A stretch of 64,000 bases of DNA from the human T2T-CHM13v2.0 reference genome, Homo sapiens (GCF_009914755.1 NC_060930.1); one strand, 5' to 3'; counted from the first letter of the stretch, positions 35,901 to 52,074 are shown. Program-made: numbers and translations. Notes: a model not told the origin generated them from the sequence alone.

Positions 35901-37595
35901 ATATACATATGCTTTCTAAAATAAAAGCTCAAATTAAAGCTTGCCTTTTGAACTGCCCATATGAACAGAACAACATGCCAATGACTTACAGAATTTTTTT
36001 CTAAACTGGCAAGACTAAAAAGAATCACATCCAATCCCTATTTTGCAATTATAATGTGTGATACTTTCTTTAACCATAAGACTGTCATTTATTCTAAATT
36101 TGCTGGAAAAGCTTGCCATTGCATTTTTCCTGTACGTACCTCTTCCTTATCAATTATGGTGTATCTCCAGCATTCGAAGAAAAAAAAGCTCCAAAACTTT
36201 AACTGCATTTAAAATATATAATTAAATCAATATATACAAGGGTTACTCTAAAAATACTCATTTCTAGAAGGCCAGAAAATCTTATTTTTTTAAGCTGATG
36301 CATCTACACATAGAAAGCAACTTTTAGTAAGTTCTTTTGCTACGCCATAATGATCTGCTCCAGAAACTCAAGGGTACCTAAAACAACGGACTACCTGTTC
36401 TAGCCATGCTTAGGAATGTGTCCAAATCATTTTTATTGATTTAACCTTTATAGGAATGCTACATATCCTCAGAGCAAAACATTTTGAATGTATTTATAAT
36501 ATGATACACTTCTAGAAGCCATGAAAAAGAAAGCTAAAAACAAATCTAAGACGCCCCTCCACTGTTGGTTGTTATGTTTATTTTTGTTTATTTGAAACAA
36601 ATATTAAATACATATTAAATAATTCTTTTTGCGAAAACTCACTTTGGTACTACTGTAAGTAGAAATAAGATTTTATTTTTTTAGAGAAAAAGTATATTTA
36701 AGTAAATTCTAACTTTAAGAAACAAAACTCCTGACTTGACAATGATGTTATCACCTATAAATTTTAAAGGATTCTAAATGCTTCTTTCATACTCTAATTA
36801 CACATTAATCATGGAACCTATAAACAAATCAAACTTAAACTTACAGAATTTAGTCTTTATTGAATAAACTTAAGTTGTACTCTAGTTTTCATCCTCAGAG
36901 TTTACAGATAAAGTTCTGTGTAGCCTATCTTTCTAGCTTTCTGTAAGTTGTACTTTACAAATGGTTTCAACAGCTAATGCCTGTATTAGGTATGTTTGCC
37001 AAATAATTCACAATATTATGCTTCCTCACATTATGGTTCAGCATTTGCTAACTTAAACATCACCTCTAAAGAAGTTATACTTTCACTGCAGATTGTTCTC
37101 TCAAAAAAGGCAAACAACTTTTGAGCATTTCCAGATGTAGCTCTCATAAAAAAAAAAATTATAGGCAACTTCTCAAGAAATTCTAAAATCAGTAATAAAA
37201 ATACAATAAAACTGGTATCATTTCTGATTACTTCAAATGATCACATATAAGCTTATATAAAAAGCTGATGGTACTATATTTTGAATTAAGAAACTTTGAC
37301 AGCTACAAGAGCACTGATTTCAGGTAGCTGCCAGTAGGTAAAACAACCAAGTGTATTTCAGTGTCAAACAAGATTCTGCTGAACTGGAATTTAGGAAGCT
37401 CTGAGGGTTACTGACCATGTGATAAAAATAATAATGCTATCTTTCTCAAATAGTTAATTTATTTTTATACTGGGCAATATAAATTTGGGTTCAGCTATAC
37501 TATTTCGTTTTGTCATCAATTTTTTTATAAAACATCCAAGTATGCATGAGATTATGCTAAACTAAAATAAAAATAATTTATATGCAGCCTATTTC

Positions 37596-37730
37596 TCTGG
37601 ATGAGACAAGGGAGGCATCCAGGGCATAAAATTTAAGGAGGTACTCACTCTTGCACAGTCCTCAAAGAGACAGCCTCCTTAAATTTTGTGCCCTAGGCAC
37701 TTTGCTTGCCTCATACAAATTCTAGTCCTG
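37596..37730. mobile_element. MER91-like miniature DNA transposon with an internal palindrome
   Basis: agggcataaaatttaaggagg ... cctccttaaattttgtgccct inverted arms, ending ctagtcctg. Confidence 0.7.
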
Positions 37731-38669
37731 AGCTGAAGACACATAAGTATAAACTATTTACACTCATGTGAGTATAAAATGACATGTAATAAGCAGGGTG
37801 ACATAAAACATAGAAATAAGGTAATATAAGAAGAAAAATTAAAAATAAGAATATTTACATTAAAGAAGACATACTTGCCATAAATATCTTGCAAACTAAG
37901 ATAGTTATGGCCTTATTGCTTGACTATAAGGCTAAGTAATCTTATTACTTGACTATAAGGCTTTAAGAAAAAAGGGATTGAAAGAGTATTCCATTAAAGA
38001 ATTCACTAGCCTATACAAGACTTCTTATGTTACAGTGGTATCCAAATCTGGCTGATCAACAGAATTACCTGGGGAGTAAGTCTTGGGGAAGAGCAGCTTG
38101 TGGAGAGAAAGCCTTCAGAACTTTTTTAAAACAAAACTCCCTAGATAAATTAGCCAAGATTGTGAGCCAATAGATAGCCAACTTTTAATACTCCTAGAAA
38201 TAAGCTAAAGACAAAATGCATATCCAAAATATATTAATTCCAAATTGTGTCCCCAATAAACATTTGTAAAGCTTGTTCACAAGAAAAAATTAGTTCCTTT
38301 CTTTCCTTCCTTTTCTTCCAATAGAGGTGATAGTCAATGGTTATGTGTTTAACCAGTAATATTAATAAGAAAAATAAAGTTGTGTTTAACAAGCTATATT
38401 AATAAGGAAAATAAGAAGTACAGAGGATTCCATAAGATGACTATAGCCAAAAACATTAATATTCTTATTTTTCTATTAGGTTCAAATAGCTATTCTAAGT
38501 ACATAATTAATCTAATCCAAAACTTTATTTTAAATGTTGTTTTAAATTATTTAAAATTTATTAAAGTTTTAATTTAATTAGACAACATATTTTGAAAAAT
38601 CAATGTAACTAACATAGTCTATAATTTTTATAGAGTATACCTTAATTGAAACTGTACTTTGTTAGCTTT

Positions 38670-38880
38670 CATTGTCGAGCGTTTACTGTACCGGGTACTA
38701 TGCTAAGCCATTTATAAACATTATTTCCTTTAATTCTTACAACTCCTTTATATGAGACATGTATCATAATTATTTACAGATGAGGAAGCTGAGAATGAGG
38801 TAAAGGAACTTGCTCAAGGTTACAGAGTTGAAGAGATGGGATTCCAACCCAAGCCTTTTAACTCTTAATTACCACTTTAC
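38670..38880 (-). mobile_element. MIR SINE
   Basis: tttacagatgaggaagctgag...aacttgctcaaggttacagag core. Confidence 0.75.
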
Positions 38881-39143
38881 AGTGTTATACATGATCTAAA
38901 TGAAGTTACTTCCTAGTCCTCAATCAATTTCATCTGTAAAGGTGTTAGTTCTCAGAAACATAATTATTCTGAAGTTATTAAACCAATAAAATACAAACAA
39001 GAAGATAATCCTGGAGTCTTCAAATTACCCTGCCACATATCTTTAAGAAATACTAATCTGACAGAACCAAAGAGATTAAGAAAAAATAAAAGTATATCAA
39101 GGAATAAGATTAAGGTGAGGTTTGTTAAGCCCCCTTCCCCCTC

Positions 39144-39438
<295 letters not shown>

Positions 39439-41050
39439 TGATCAGAAAAAAAAAGTTTCAAGGAATTAGATAATTCTTAATCATTATAATTAATAGTCTT
39501 AATGTCCACAATACACATATATACTCTATGTGATATAAAAATATAATTTAGGGGTAAAAAATTAAACACTTAAACACCAAGAATGTCTAATCCTCATTTA
39601 TAAAATTAAAATAATCTTGTATCATAAATATGATTATAATCATAGGCTTTGGTGTCAGATCTGGAATCAAATCCTACTTCCTATATTTATCTGTAGCATT
39701 CCTTATACTATGGTCTCATAGCCCCATTTACAAAGACCTATACCCCTACACATATGCTAAGTGATCCAGACAACCTTTATTTCTAAGCTTTAACTTCTAA
39801 TTATAATTTCTTAAATTCTAATTCATTTGATATTCACAAAAATCCACTAGTAAGTGTACTTTTTCCTGTGCCTACCAAAAAAATACTGCACAAGATTCTA
39901 AGAAGTAAATCCTTGACATGTACTATTCACCCCAATTTTAACCACAATTATCCACATTATTACTCAAAACAAAAAGTTCTCAAACAAGCCACAAAAGTGC
40001 TCCGCTTTTTTCTCTGGCAGAGGGTAGGAATAAAGCTATGAGATTATATTTTTCAGTCTATATGGTTTTGAGAAAAAATGCTGATTAGAAACCATAGGTT
40101 ATGATATGATACATGAGATATTTTGCAAAGATAAAGCACTAAGGAAAAGAGAAAAGCTGTTTGGGGATCTATGAATCTCAACAGACTTCTCCAATCATTC
40201 TGCACCTATATTTAACTTGATAGGTAATATTTTAATGAGCAAACTAACAACTTTTAAAAGCTACATGAGGTAGGATCACACTAAAATAAATACATATGCA
40301 AGTATAAAGTCATAACTACATTTTAAAAGGAAAACACAAATTTTCATATTAGTTTTCATTAGAAACATCCACTGAAAAAGGTTAAAAGTGAGTTTGTCTC
40401 CGCAACTTCATAAAGAGTACAATGGCATAAGACTCGAGGTAACAAAAAGAAAGGAATGAAATGGCAAAATGTATACACATGAAAATAACTACGGAATAAC
40501 AGATAGTTAAAAGTCCTCAGCAGTAGCAATATTATTACAAGTTCTCAGATTCTGGTACCCTATCTGGCAATGAAGGCAAGAAGTTAGAAAAAGATGTGGT
40601 TACAAATTAAAAATGACACACTAAGATAATTCATCGCTTTTAGTTTAAACCCTACAATTATTCACACTTATTTCATCAGAAGCCACTAAAAAGATGTATG
40701 AAGATAGACAAAAGGTTCTGTGTACAGCCAGAACAGTCAACCAAAACAGCAGAGAATAAATTCACAAATAACATGGTGATTTAGTAGTTATTAACCTAGC
40801 ATTAAAAAAAAACGGAGACTGGACTGAAAAATATGGGCAAGTTGAAGAGATATTACAAAGAAACTAACAGAAGAATTTGGCAGCAGTTATGGAAGAGGCA
40901 AAGAATAAGGAAAATGAGACTGCCACTTAGGACAGAATGGTTGATGGTGCCAATGATCATGAGGAAAATAGGAAAGGGTTTTTATTATAAATAGAATGAG
41001 TTCTCTTTGTCACTACAGTTGTGCCTAGTGAAAAAAAAATAGAATACTAA

Positions 41051-41360
<310 letters not shown>

Positions 41361-42030
41361 CTACAATCTCCATTTTTAAAAATAATATGAGAGTGCCTCT
41401 ATATCAGAGGAACTCAAAACAGTCATAATATAAGGTTTACACAGTAGCAGGATTTTGGAAGCCTTTTTTTTTATTTGCCAATATTTTTCAATTAAAAACC
41501 ATCAATACATAAAATTTCAAAAATTTAGTTAATAGTTTGCGTTAATGTTTTAAAAGCTTATTTTTCCTGAACCCATACAAAAAAATACATATGAAGAACA
41601 ATGTTTTTAATTTTTCATGCTCAAGTTGTAAGAAACAGAACAAAGTCCTCCAATTACAAGATATTTGTAAATCGAAAAAGTATTCTCATGAAAACCATAG
41701 AATGTCATGGAAACACAAGGACAGCAGGGGTTTTGGTGTTAAGTTTAAATTCCAGTTATAGCGCCTAGTACATAACCCTGAGCAACCAACATTTAAGCTC
41801 CCTGTGTCTCAATTTCCTCATCTGTAAAAATATTACCACCTACCTTGAAAGTTTCCAGTTAAATAAAATGTAAAGTGTCTACACTGATCTGACAAAAGCA
41901 TTACAATTATTAAATATAATCAACTTTCCAAACCTTAAATCATCTTAAGTCTAAACTCATACTCATAGTGTGGCTCACAAAACAGCAGAATCAGCATGAC
42001 CTGAAAGCTTGTTAAAAATGCAGAATCTCA

Positions 42031-42143
42031 GCCGGGTGCAGTGGCTCACACCTGTAATCCCAGCACTTTGGGAGGCCGAGGCGGGCAGACCAAGAAGATC
42101 AAGACCATCCTGGCCAACATGGTGAAACCCCTTCTCTACTAAA
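42031..42143 (+). mobile_element. Alu left arm only, following a MER5-like fragment
   Basis: gccgggtgcagtggctcac...ctctactaaa, then an abrupt switch to unrelated sequence. Confidence 0.88.
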
Positions 42144-45100
42144 GGTCCCTAAAGTTGTTCACTTGATCTGTTTCAGAGTTCTGATACTGAGTGAAGAGCA
42201 CCTGGTAGTTTACTCTTAATTCTGAAGGACTCGAGAGACTAACAGAGATCATCTAATCTATAATAATTGCACCTCCAAAAGGCAGCTTTTCAAACCTGAA
42301 TAGAATTTTCACATTCATACACCCCTCAGTTTACCCACAATGACTGATTAAGAGAGAAGGTCCTATGTACATAACTCTCTCTTGTAAAAAATGCCTTCAA
42401 TAATTTGAGACATTCTGCAAATTATTAAGTTGCATAACAGTACGAACTAGCTACTAGTCTATATTTCTTCATGTTGTCAATGATGTCTCACCACAAGCTT
42501 GTGAAAAGCCTTGATGAAGTTTAAAAATGGTGTCTCTGTCCCATGTTCCTGAGACAGCTATCCAGTAGCTCTGATGTAACACAGAAGTTTGTGAGGCATG
42601 ACTACTGCTGAGGAAAACCATTTGGCTCCAACTACTCACCTTCTAGGTGCTTAAAATCATGCTTTTAATAACCCATATTAGAATCTTAGCCATCAAAGAC
42701 CTCCACCTGACAGGTCTACAGGCTTTCATTTTATAACCAGTTGCCCTTGATATTCTATACTAGTTGTTTACTGGTAAAATATTTTACAATCACAGGTGCC
42801 TATTCCTGTCTTTTTTCCTCTCCATGACTACTAATTGAATAAAACAGAAAATATGAGACAATTGTATATATGAAAAATTGTCAAACTAAAGAGCAATTCA
42901 AATTCCTTTTATTCGGAGAGATAAAAGTTGATATGAAGTGGATATGACAAAGAGAAAGAACATCCACTAAATACTTAGTAGTATACAAAGAGTTAGACCA
43001 TGACAAAGTTCCTAGAAGTTTAGCTCCTCTGCAGGGGTTTCTTAGACTACTTGAACCAGAATTTTCAATCTTATTTCTTATACAGTTGGGAACCACTTCA
43101 TTTATACTTGGCCTAAACTTCCCCTTGTCTGTATACTTATTTTTGCTCTCCACCCTTAAAACTGACTTGCCCTTAGCTATAAACAATGTACTTTGTTGCC
43201 CATTCATGCAGTGCTTTATTGTTTTCATTCTCTGATGGTTTTTTTTTTCATTCATGTCCAAATGAGCAGTGCCTTAGATTCTAAATATCCAGTGGAGAGC
43301 CCATATATGTACATTTTCCTTTGAACGTCTAGAACAGTAACATTATCAATTAAGTACTTAACTGCTTTACGATATGCACAACAAAAACTATTAAGAGGCC
43401 ACAAAAAGCTATGCCTACCACAAATTTAAAACCCATTAAAAATCAGGAATGTCAAAAGCATGTTAACTTTTTAGGTAAAGTGTATAAACTAGCTCTTCAT
43501 GGTTGGCTAGGAAAGCCTAGAGAAAAAAAATCCTAAATATGAAAGGTGAGTCTGCCTTTAAGACAAAAGAGAAATATACTTGGTGGACCTAAAAAAGAAG
43601 GCCACTTCAGAAGTTAAAAATGCAGTAAGCCAAGATTCAGACTATGACAAGGGAGACGGTAAAACTAATGGTACAGAATTTTTAAATCCCTGAAGTTTAA
43701 GGGACTCTTTACAAGCAGGATAGTTTAGTAGTTGCCATGGACTATGCTCTGAAGCCAAGCTTCATTCTGGTGAGTTTAGAAATCTGTTTCACCTAGCTGA
43801 ATCAGAATTTAGCAAACTGATTTATGTAACAAAAAGGCTGTACATTAAAACGTTCCTCATGGGATGAAACAGAGGAGAAACTACCCACTCATCTGCGCTG
43901 CCTCACATGGATGTTTTGAGATTTAAATGAGATATTAATACAAGATGTCAGAATACTTATAAAAATCTTTGACACTTTATAAAAATATCAAAGATAAGCT
44001 ATTACAATTTAGTATTATAAATAAAACTTCTGTTCACTTGATTGTTAAAGACTGTAAAATGTCATGCTCAAATGACATGTTTTCCTATTTGCTATGAGGT
44101 TGACAGTAAAACTTTTGCCCCATCTCAGCAACCAGAGGGACTTTATTATATGCATCTCTGCAGACTTTTACCTTCTAGATTAATTTTGTATCTCTATTCC
44201 TTTCAGGCTTCATCTCAATTTCCATTTTTTAATCCTTTAGTATTATAAATAATTATGATAGACTCCTCAACCAGGATACAAATGATAAACCAACGCTCAA
44301 ACCTGCAGCTTAATGGCACGATCAGCTTGCTAGTCCTCTAAGATAGAAACCTTGGAATCATTTTTGGTAACTAATTCTCTAATCTCATAAATCCCCAAGA
44401 CCTAACAATCTAACCTATGCAATATCACTTACACTTGCTTGCTATTCTTCATTCCCATTCCCTCTTACATGGACTACTACAATAGGTCTTTCCACAGCCA
44501 ACTCATTTTACATGATGCATTATCAATTCTTCTTAATGAGTATCAATGCACACCGTACCTTTATCTTTCAAACATTTTTCAAAGGTTTCCAATTGTCTTT
44601 GAAAAAGACTTAACTCCTCAGTCTGCCAAAGCTTGCCACATTTTGATACTAATCATGTTTTATCTGTATTTTCTATGACCCAGTTTCTCTCTAGACACAG
44701 TAAGCTATTTGCTCCAAATGCCTCATCCCTGCCTCTGTGTCTTTGATCATGCTGTCTCCCGTACTTGCAATATTCCCTACCTATCCTCACTGTCACCCTA
44801 CCTACAAATCTCTACAGGGCTAAATATTGCCTATCCTTGAAGAAAAATCTCAAACGACACTATTTTCACTGGCTTTCATCCTCCAAATTGAAAACTCTCT
44901 GATCCACCTCCATATTCCTATAGTAGCATATCTGTAACTCTTTTCACATACTTACCTGCATCTACCACCTGTCACTCTCAGTTTCTATGTGTGTAAGATT
45001 CTCACTCTACTTATATATATATGTAAATATATATAATTCTACTAGACAGGTGATACTGAAGTTTTTAAATTGCAAAATCCATTGTTCATAGGAAATGCTA

Positions 45101-45363
45101 TGAGAAAGCCCAATAAATAAAATAGATTTTTAAAGGAGTCTACAGGGTTGAAACGAAGAAGGGTGAGAGGGTAGCTAGAACCTCGCATGCCCTCCTGAGC
45201 AGCCCCACAGGCAACTTCATTAAGCACAGAGATACAATACAGTACACTAAACTACACACTCTCTTGGTAGCACAGATACACAAGAATTCCCTCTCTCCCA
45301 CTCTTACTTTCTTTTCACATCATCTAGCCAAATGCCTGGCATATAATAGGAATTCAATAAACA

Positions 45364-45665
45364 TTTCTTTTTTTTTTTTTTTTCTTGAGATAGGGTCTCA
45401 CTCTATTGCCCAGGCCAAAGTGCAGTGGTGCGATCTCGGCTCACTGCAACCTCCACCTCCTGGGTTCAAGCAATTCTCTTGCCTCTGCCTGACTAGCTGG
45501 GATTACAGGTGCAGGCCACCATGCCTGGCTAATTTTTATATTTTTTTAGTAGAGACCCAGTTTCACCATGTTGGTCAGGCTGGTCTCAAACTTGACCTCA
45601 GGTGATTCGCCCACCTTGGCCCCCCAAAGTGCTAGGATTATAGGCGTGAGCCATCGCGCCGGGCC
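45364..45665 (-). mobile_element. AluS inserted in an L2 3' end
   Basis: Perfect TSD tcaataaacatttctt at 45354-45369 / 45666-45681. Confidence 0.95.
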
Positions 45666-47186
45666 TCAATAAACATTTCTTAAATGAATTAATGAAACAT
45701 TAGGTGGAAGTGGATGGACAAATAAACAAGTGCCTAAACAAAAAGTAGGAGGACTTAGCAAAGGGACGTGGTAACAGCTAAAGAAATACTATATAAGAAA
45801 AGAAAATGCCTTAAAAATAACTTACATGGCTGAAAAGAGAGGTGGTACTTTATATAATTAAAAATTGAACACATTTTAAATAAAAATACCCCACAAATAT
45901 GTGTGAGTTTACTATCAAAGAAAGAAGCTAAGACTAAAGAATTATTTACATGTATCATATTAAGATAAGTGAAATAATGGGATATCTGGCTAACATCTAA
46001 ATTTAATTTATATTCAACACCTTAGAATTAAGAGATATAGTAAATTAAACTACAGTGAATAATTAAATTTCTTTAAAATGAATTCGATTTCACTGATATA
46101 TATATGACTGTTAGGGAACAGTGTTCTGATTTTAAGATGTATTTCCTTCTTTCTCAAGTTACAAATGTAAAGTTCTGCAATTGTATTTAAAATCTTTTGG
46201 TGGTAGATGTACACAAAAGAAATACCTCAACATAAATCACTATGGCACATAATGAACCCAAAAGGAATATCCATGTATCATTATAGGCAAGATGTTAAGT
46301 TTGAGAAAAACAAAATCTGACCTTTAATATATTTTTTAAACTGGTTAATAAACATAAATGCAGCAAGGCTTACATTCCATATATTTTTAAATTCCCCAGC
46401 ATTCTTGGGGTCTGTCTGCAAAAGCAAGGGAATATGCACATGACAGAGAAAAAAATTTTAAATAAAAGAAACATAATCCTGTGAGATTATTCCCTTTAAA
46501 TAGAAGAGTGAAATCCAAATACTTTATTTTTCTACATCCAAAAAAGAACTTCACAATTCTTTTTTTTAAAAAAAAAAGACGTATATTTCATTAAAACACT
46601 GTTTGTCTATTTATCAGAGAATAATTCTGTATTCACATTGTAATTACTATTTTTAAAAAATACTACATGCCTACTGAAATAATGAAACAGAATGTCAGTA
46701 TGGTTACCTGTGAATGAAAAAATTATTTCCCTCCTTGGTTCTAGAGATTCCAAAATCTCAAACAAATGCATTACTTTTACAATCAGAGAAAGTTTAAAGT
46801 TATATAAATAGGTATGTATGCATGTGTACACATGTGTGGATATGTGGATATGTGTATGTATCCCTCTAAATGGCCTGCTTATGTCTAGCTTATAGTTTTT
46901 ACGTTAAAAGCAGCACCTTTCTCATTTCCATAGAAATGAGAAAAAAGGGGCATACTTACATTATTTAATAATTAAGAAAATAAGTTTAAATCTAATATAA
47001 CATAGCAGTTAAAAGTCTGACTCTGGAGTCAGAAAGACCAAATCTAATCCCAGTTCTACCACTGAATAGCTGGATGACTCTGGAAAGCTATTTAATTTCT
47101 ATTAAAGAAATTCTAAATTCTAAAAAAAAATTCTCTACCATTAGTTTTATCGTCTCCTCATTTTCTTAATCTAAAATTTGGCAATA

Positions 47187-47522
<336 letters not shown>

Positions 47523-48249
47523 TCAACTAACAAGGCATTAAATGAAATAATATATAGGAAGATGTTAGTGCACATTACCTATTTAGTGATGGAAGTGATA
47601 TTTCCTCTTCCCACAACTCTGTGTAACCAAAATTCCTATCGATCCTTCATGTTTCAGCTTAAATGAACTCTCTTTGAGAGGCTTTAGTTCCCCCATTACA
47701 CTATCTCATAGTATCCTGTACATTTTCCTTCAGAGTCCTTATCACAATTTATAATTATTTATTTCCACAAATGTATACACAGTTCATGGCACACCACATG
47801 TACTTAGTAAATGTTGAATAAATGAATTTATGAGTGGAAAGAGGTTTATAATCTTTCCACTGGTATCATTAAATTCTGTCATTACGTAAATCAGTGGGAT
47901 CCTGATTATAAATGTTACTGCCTATAATACAAATGGGGTATTTAAATTTCAATTTAGTTCTTCTAGGGACAACTACACTAGAGGGGGAAAAAAGAATATC
48001 GCTAGTATTTCAGTCTACTTCTACATATTTAAAGTCACAATTATGGAATCACAATAATTCTCTATATTTTGTCCCACAATCTTCCATTTAATGAGTCCAC
48101 TAAAATAAGGATTAAGAAAAATGTGGGTTCTTTCTTGGCTTTCAGTTTACCTGCTGAGTTTTCTTTAAGTCACCATCTGCTACGGCTATGATTAAATTAG
48201 CTACTTATTGATAAATCGGGGCACTACAAGATGACATTATATAAAAGCA

Positions 48250-48440
48250 CTAGTTTTCCAAGTATGGTCTCTGGATCACCAACATCAACATCACCTGGGA
48301 ATTTATTTGAAAGGCAAATTGCTGAGTTCACCCTTGATTTATTCAATCAGAAAGGCTGGAGGTGAGACCCAGCAGTTTAATGGTTCAGCAAGGCTCTCAG
48401 GTGATTCTAATGCACACTAAGGTTTGGGAACCATTGCACT
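48250..48440. mobile_element. MER5A-like hAT element
   Basis: catcacctgggaatttatttgaaaggcaaatt...caggtgattctaatgcacactaaggtttgggaaccattg. Confidence 0.75.
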
Positions 48441-49663
48441 GGAAGATTCATTTTTTTAAGTCATAGGTTGTTTCACTGGTTTTCATCAATTTGCTGCTCT
48501 TTATATTTCATCATTAAAATTATATTATTTCAATATAGTCTCTAAAATACTCTGAAGTCTGACAAACAGGTCATCTGTCAGAATATAAGAAAGGCAACCA
48601 AACAATGATTGCTTAACATACAATTCCATCCACTGCATAATCAGTTCATGTTGTCAATGTTCTCTTTTATTCAAAATTAATTCCTTTTACATCTCCTTTT
48701 AAATAAAAAGATCTTTGCTTCAGAAAAGCTAATTTCAAGTAAAATTGGGAAGTGACTCAAATAAGCAATTACTGTTTTCAAAGGTTTTATTAGTCACAGG
48801 AAAAAAAATTACTAGAGCCAAAAATATAAAGTAGTATTGCCACTATATGTAAAGATACATACAATTAAGTCTAAAGTTTTTATACACAAAACTATAAACT
48901 GCAAGAATACAGTTTACTACAAAAACAAAAGTATTTCTGAGAAATGAGAAATAAAATTGATATTTCTAATACAATTAGAATGTAGCCCTGAGATTAAGGA
49001 TTTTGTGTTTGTTTTATTCACTGCTATATCTCCAGAGCCTAGAATGGTGCATAGTACACAGTAGGCACCCACTTGGTAATTGTGAATGAATAAACAAAAA
49101 ACATTTGTATATAATAATCTTCTAGATTAAATGTGGTCTGCCCAACAGGTGCTAGTCTAAAAACTGTTTCAAGTACACAATAAAATACAAGGAATTTGCA
49201 CCAGAATGTAAATCAATTACATTAGGTAATTTGTAATACACACCATTTAATTTCTCCTTTTATCACAAGAAAACTATTTCAACAAAGGAAGCAGGGAATT
49301 GGTTTACATTTTGGCTCAAGCTGCTTTCTCACAGAAGACCAATAATAGTCACAAACTTGCTGAGTAACACTGCTTTAGACTAAATGTTGAGAGTAGAAAT
49401 GAGAGGGAAAAATAGGGGGATGAAAACTAACTTCAAAGCAAATAATAATTTCTAAAAATAATTTCTGGCTGCTAAGATGTGGTCATAATCATATTACTAT
49501 GCCTTTTAAAGGAAGCTTATAAAACACATGAAAACAACAAAAAATTTTAAGGATAAGCTCTTTTTGTCAGCTAAATGCCAGGTTCTAATCAGGAAATTTA
49601 AGATATCCCAGTAGTGTCTAAATGAATGAAGTCTTTACATTTTCAGACGGATTTATAATAGCT

Positions 49664-49980
49664 CAGGGGTCCCCAACCCCCAGTTCCAGTTCGTGGCCTG
49701 TTGGGAACCAGGCTGCACAGCAAGAGCGAACACTACCACCTCAGCTCTACCTCGTGTCAGATCAGTAGCAGCATTAGATTCTCCGACCCTATAGTGAACT
49801 GCACACGCGAAGGATCTAAGTTCTGCGCTCCTTATGAGAATCTAATGCCTGATGATGTGAGGTGTAACAGTTGCATCCCAAAACCATACGCCCCATGTCC
49901 CCACCCCACCAACCCAGGTCTGTGGAAAAAATGCCTTCCACGAAACTGGTCCCTGCTGCCAAAATGGTTGAGGACCACTG
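49664..49980 (+). mobile_element. MER1B-like hAT-Charlie DNA transposon
   Basis: TIRs caggggtccccaacc / ggttgaggaccactg; perfect 8-bp TSD taatagct at 49656-49663 / 49981-49988. Confidence 0.92.
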
Positions 49981-52074
49981 TAATAGCTGGTCACAGAAAC
50001 TAAGATACATACAAAAAAATTATGCTCTAAATTAGTGAAAACACTTCAAGTATACAACTCACTCATCACTTCAGCCACTCCCACAGAGACTGCCCTCCTA
50101 CGCTATACTAACCCATCAAGATCACAACTTCCTATGCATTCTACTAAATTCAACACCTACCAGGCATACTTACGTACCAGGCACTGTAAAACATGAAATT
50201 TAAAACAATCCCCATAATCAGGGAGCTTATGGTGAGGAAGAGAGAAAAATAAAAAGATCACTGTAACATAGTAAAATGAGGACTTAAAAGAGTATTATAA
50301 GTTACCACAGCACACAGAAAGGAAACTGAGTGGAGATGTCAAAGAAGACTTCCAGGACGATGAGATTTCCAAGGTGATACTTGTATTTTCTGTTACATTT
50401 TCTGTTCCTCCAGCTCTCTTAATTACTACTTCTACTCTACCTAGTTTTATACTTCACTAAAATCTCCAATCCCTTCTCCCTCCCCATTTTTCTCCAAATT
50501 GATCAACTCCATACTTTCTATTCTATCCCTCCCAACCAGCCCAAAGTTAGTGATCAGAACCTCCAACATCTCAAATTTCAATAGCCTTCTGCCACATCTG
50601 CCCTTCAAATACCTAAATTAACCCAATTATCTTTCTTTCCCAGCCCTATGCCCAGCTGCTGAGCACTTTGAAAAAGAGTAATACAGCCTGTTAGAGGCCT
50701 TATAAATGCTGACTAAGCTCAGCTGAGTCACTGACAACTTAGGCAACAATTAGTATACTCCTAATTAGCTTTCTGTCCCTAATTCTACCGCTGACACAAC
50801 AAACCTTTACCACTCTCTTCAAACTCCCCTACCTCAAATCTTTGCCATCCCAACCAGCTGTCTTGCCTGCTTCCTTAAAATGATATGAATGGTAATTAGG
50901 CATAGCTGAAAATAAATATTACCTGACCTTTTTTATAAGCAAAAGAAGTGTATTGAACTACAGCAATCTAACTAAAAATCCTAACAGTATTTCATTGAGA
51001 AAAGAGTCAGTCCCAAAGGACTTACAAATAACCTTTGATCGTCTACCTGACAATTTCAGCCTTAGAAAATACAATAAAAAATATGAACCAAGGAGTAAGC
51101 AAACCCCTCTCAAAACTGATATTATGTTTATGCACCAAAGATCAAGTAGTTTTTTTCAGAAAAGAAAGTGTATCAAGTTTTCCTAGTTTATGAACTCTTA
51201 TTATAGATACAAATCTAATAAATTTGATTACTATACTGTTGTAGACTGGAAGCAACATTCAAAAGGAAAGAAGGTGAAACATTGCTGGAGTCTGGTATGA
51301 CAGCAACAAAATTACCAGCCAAGGGGAGAGAAAACAAAAACTATAAAAATAAATCTATAAATTCAAACAAAATTACAGATTGGGACTATTTATCCTAGGA
51401 ACAAAGTACATTTTATGCTTCTATGATTCACTAGGACATCACTGTATTACAAGTAGAGTACTATGGAGCAACTGTACCTAGTATTCTGTTTATAAGTAGT
51501 CATGAATATTCATAATCTACTGTAGAAATAATTTCTTTAAAATAGAACCATTTGATCACTTAGATCATGTATTTACGAAATAAAGAATACATTAAAAACC
51601 TTTATTCTTTATTACTTATATTGCATAGATATCTACATATATATAATTCTATTAGTCAGAATGCAGTTTTATATATCTATAAAAAAATTAAACTGGTCAT
51701 TTATTTCCAGCTATGACTACCATTCAAAATTAAGACAATAACTGCATGATTTAAAATTGAGGGAATAGTTTGGCTGATTTTTACATACTGCAGTCACAGC
51801 ACAATTCTACATTCTAGCAAGAAAAACAAATATTAAAGAAAACTGAGAAGTTCTTCAGAGTCTCTAATAGTACAGTAGTTAACCGGCCCACTCATTAGTC
51901 AGTTGTTTTTACTGTTTCTCTCCAGTGTTGTTTCAAATAAACTTTCTAAATGTAAAATGATTTCATTAATCAACTTTAAAAGTAAAATGAATTGCACAGA
52001 CCAATGTCTGAAATCTGAGTACACAGCAAAAAGCAGAAAAAGAAAAGAAAAATGAAACTACTTAAAATTTGCAC

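Noticed and set aside
37620-37695. Strong hairpin as a novel pre-miRNA
   Set aside because: Explained by the internal palindrome of a MER91-like element.
18000-38420. Several short degenerate tandem duplications (~18005-18065, 19645-19720, 24598-24627, 37911-37961, 38343-38418)
   Set aside because: Ordinary slippage products in AT-rich DNA with no further signal.
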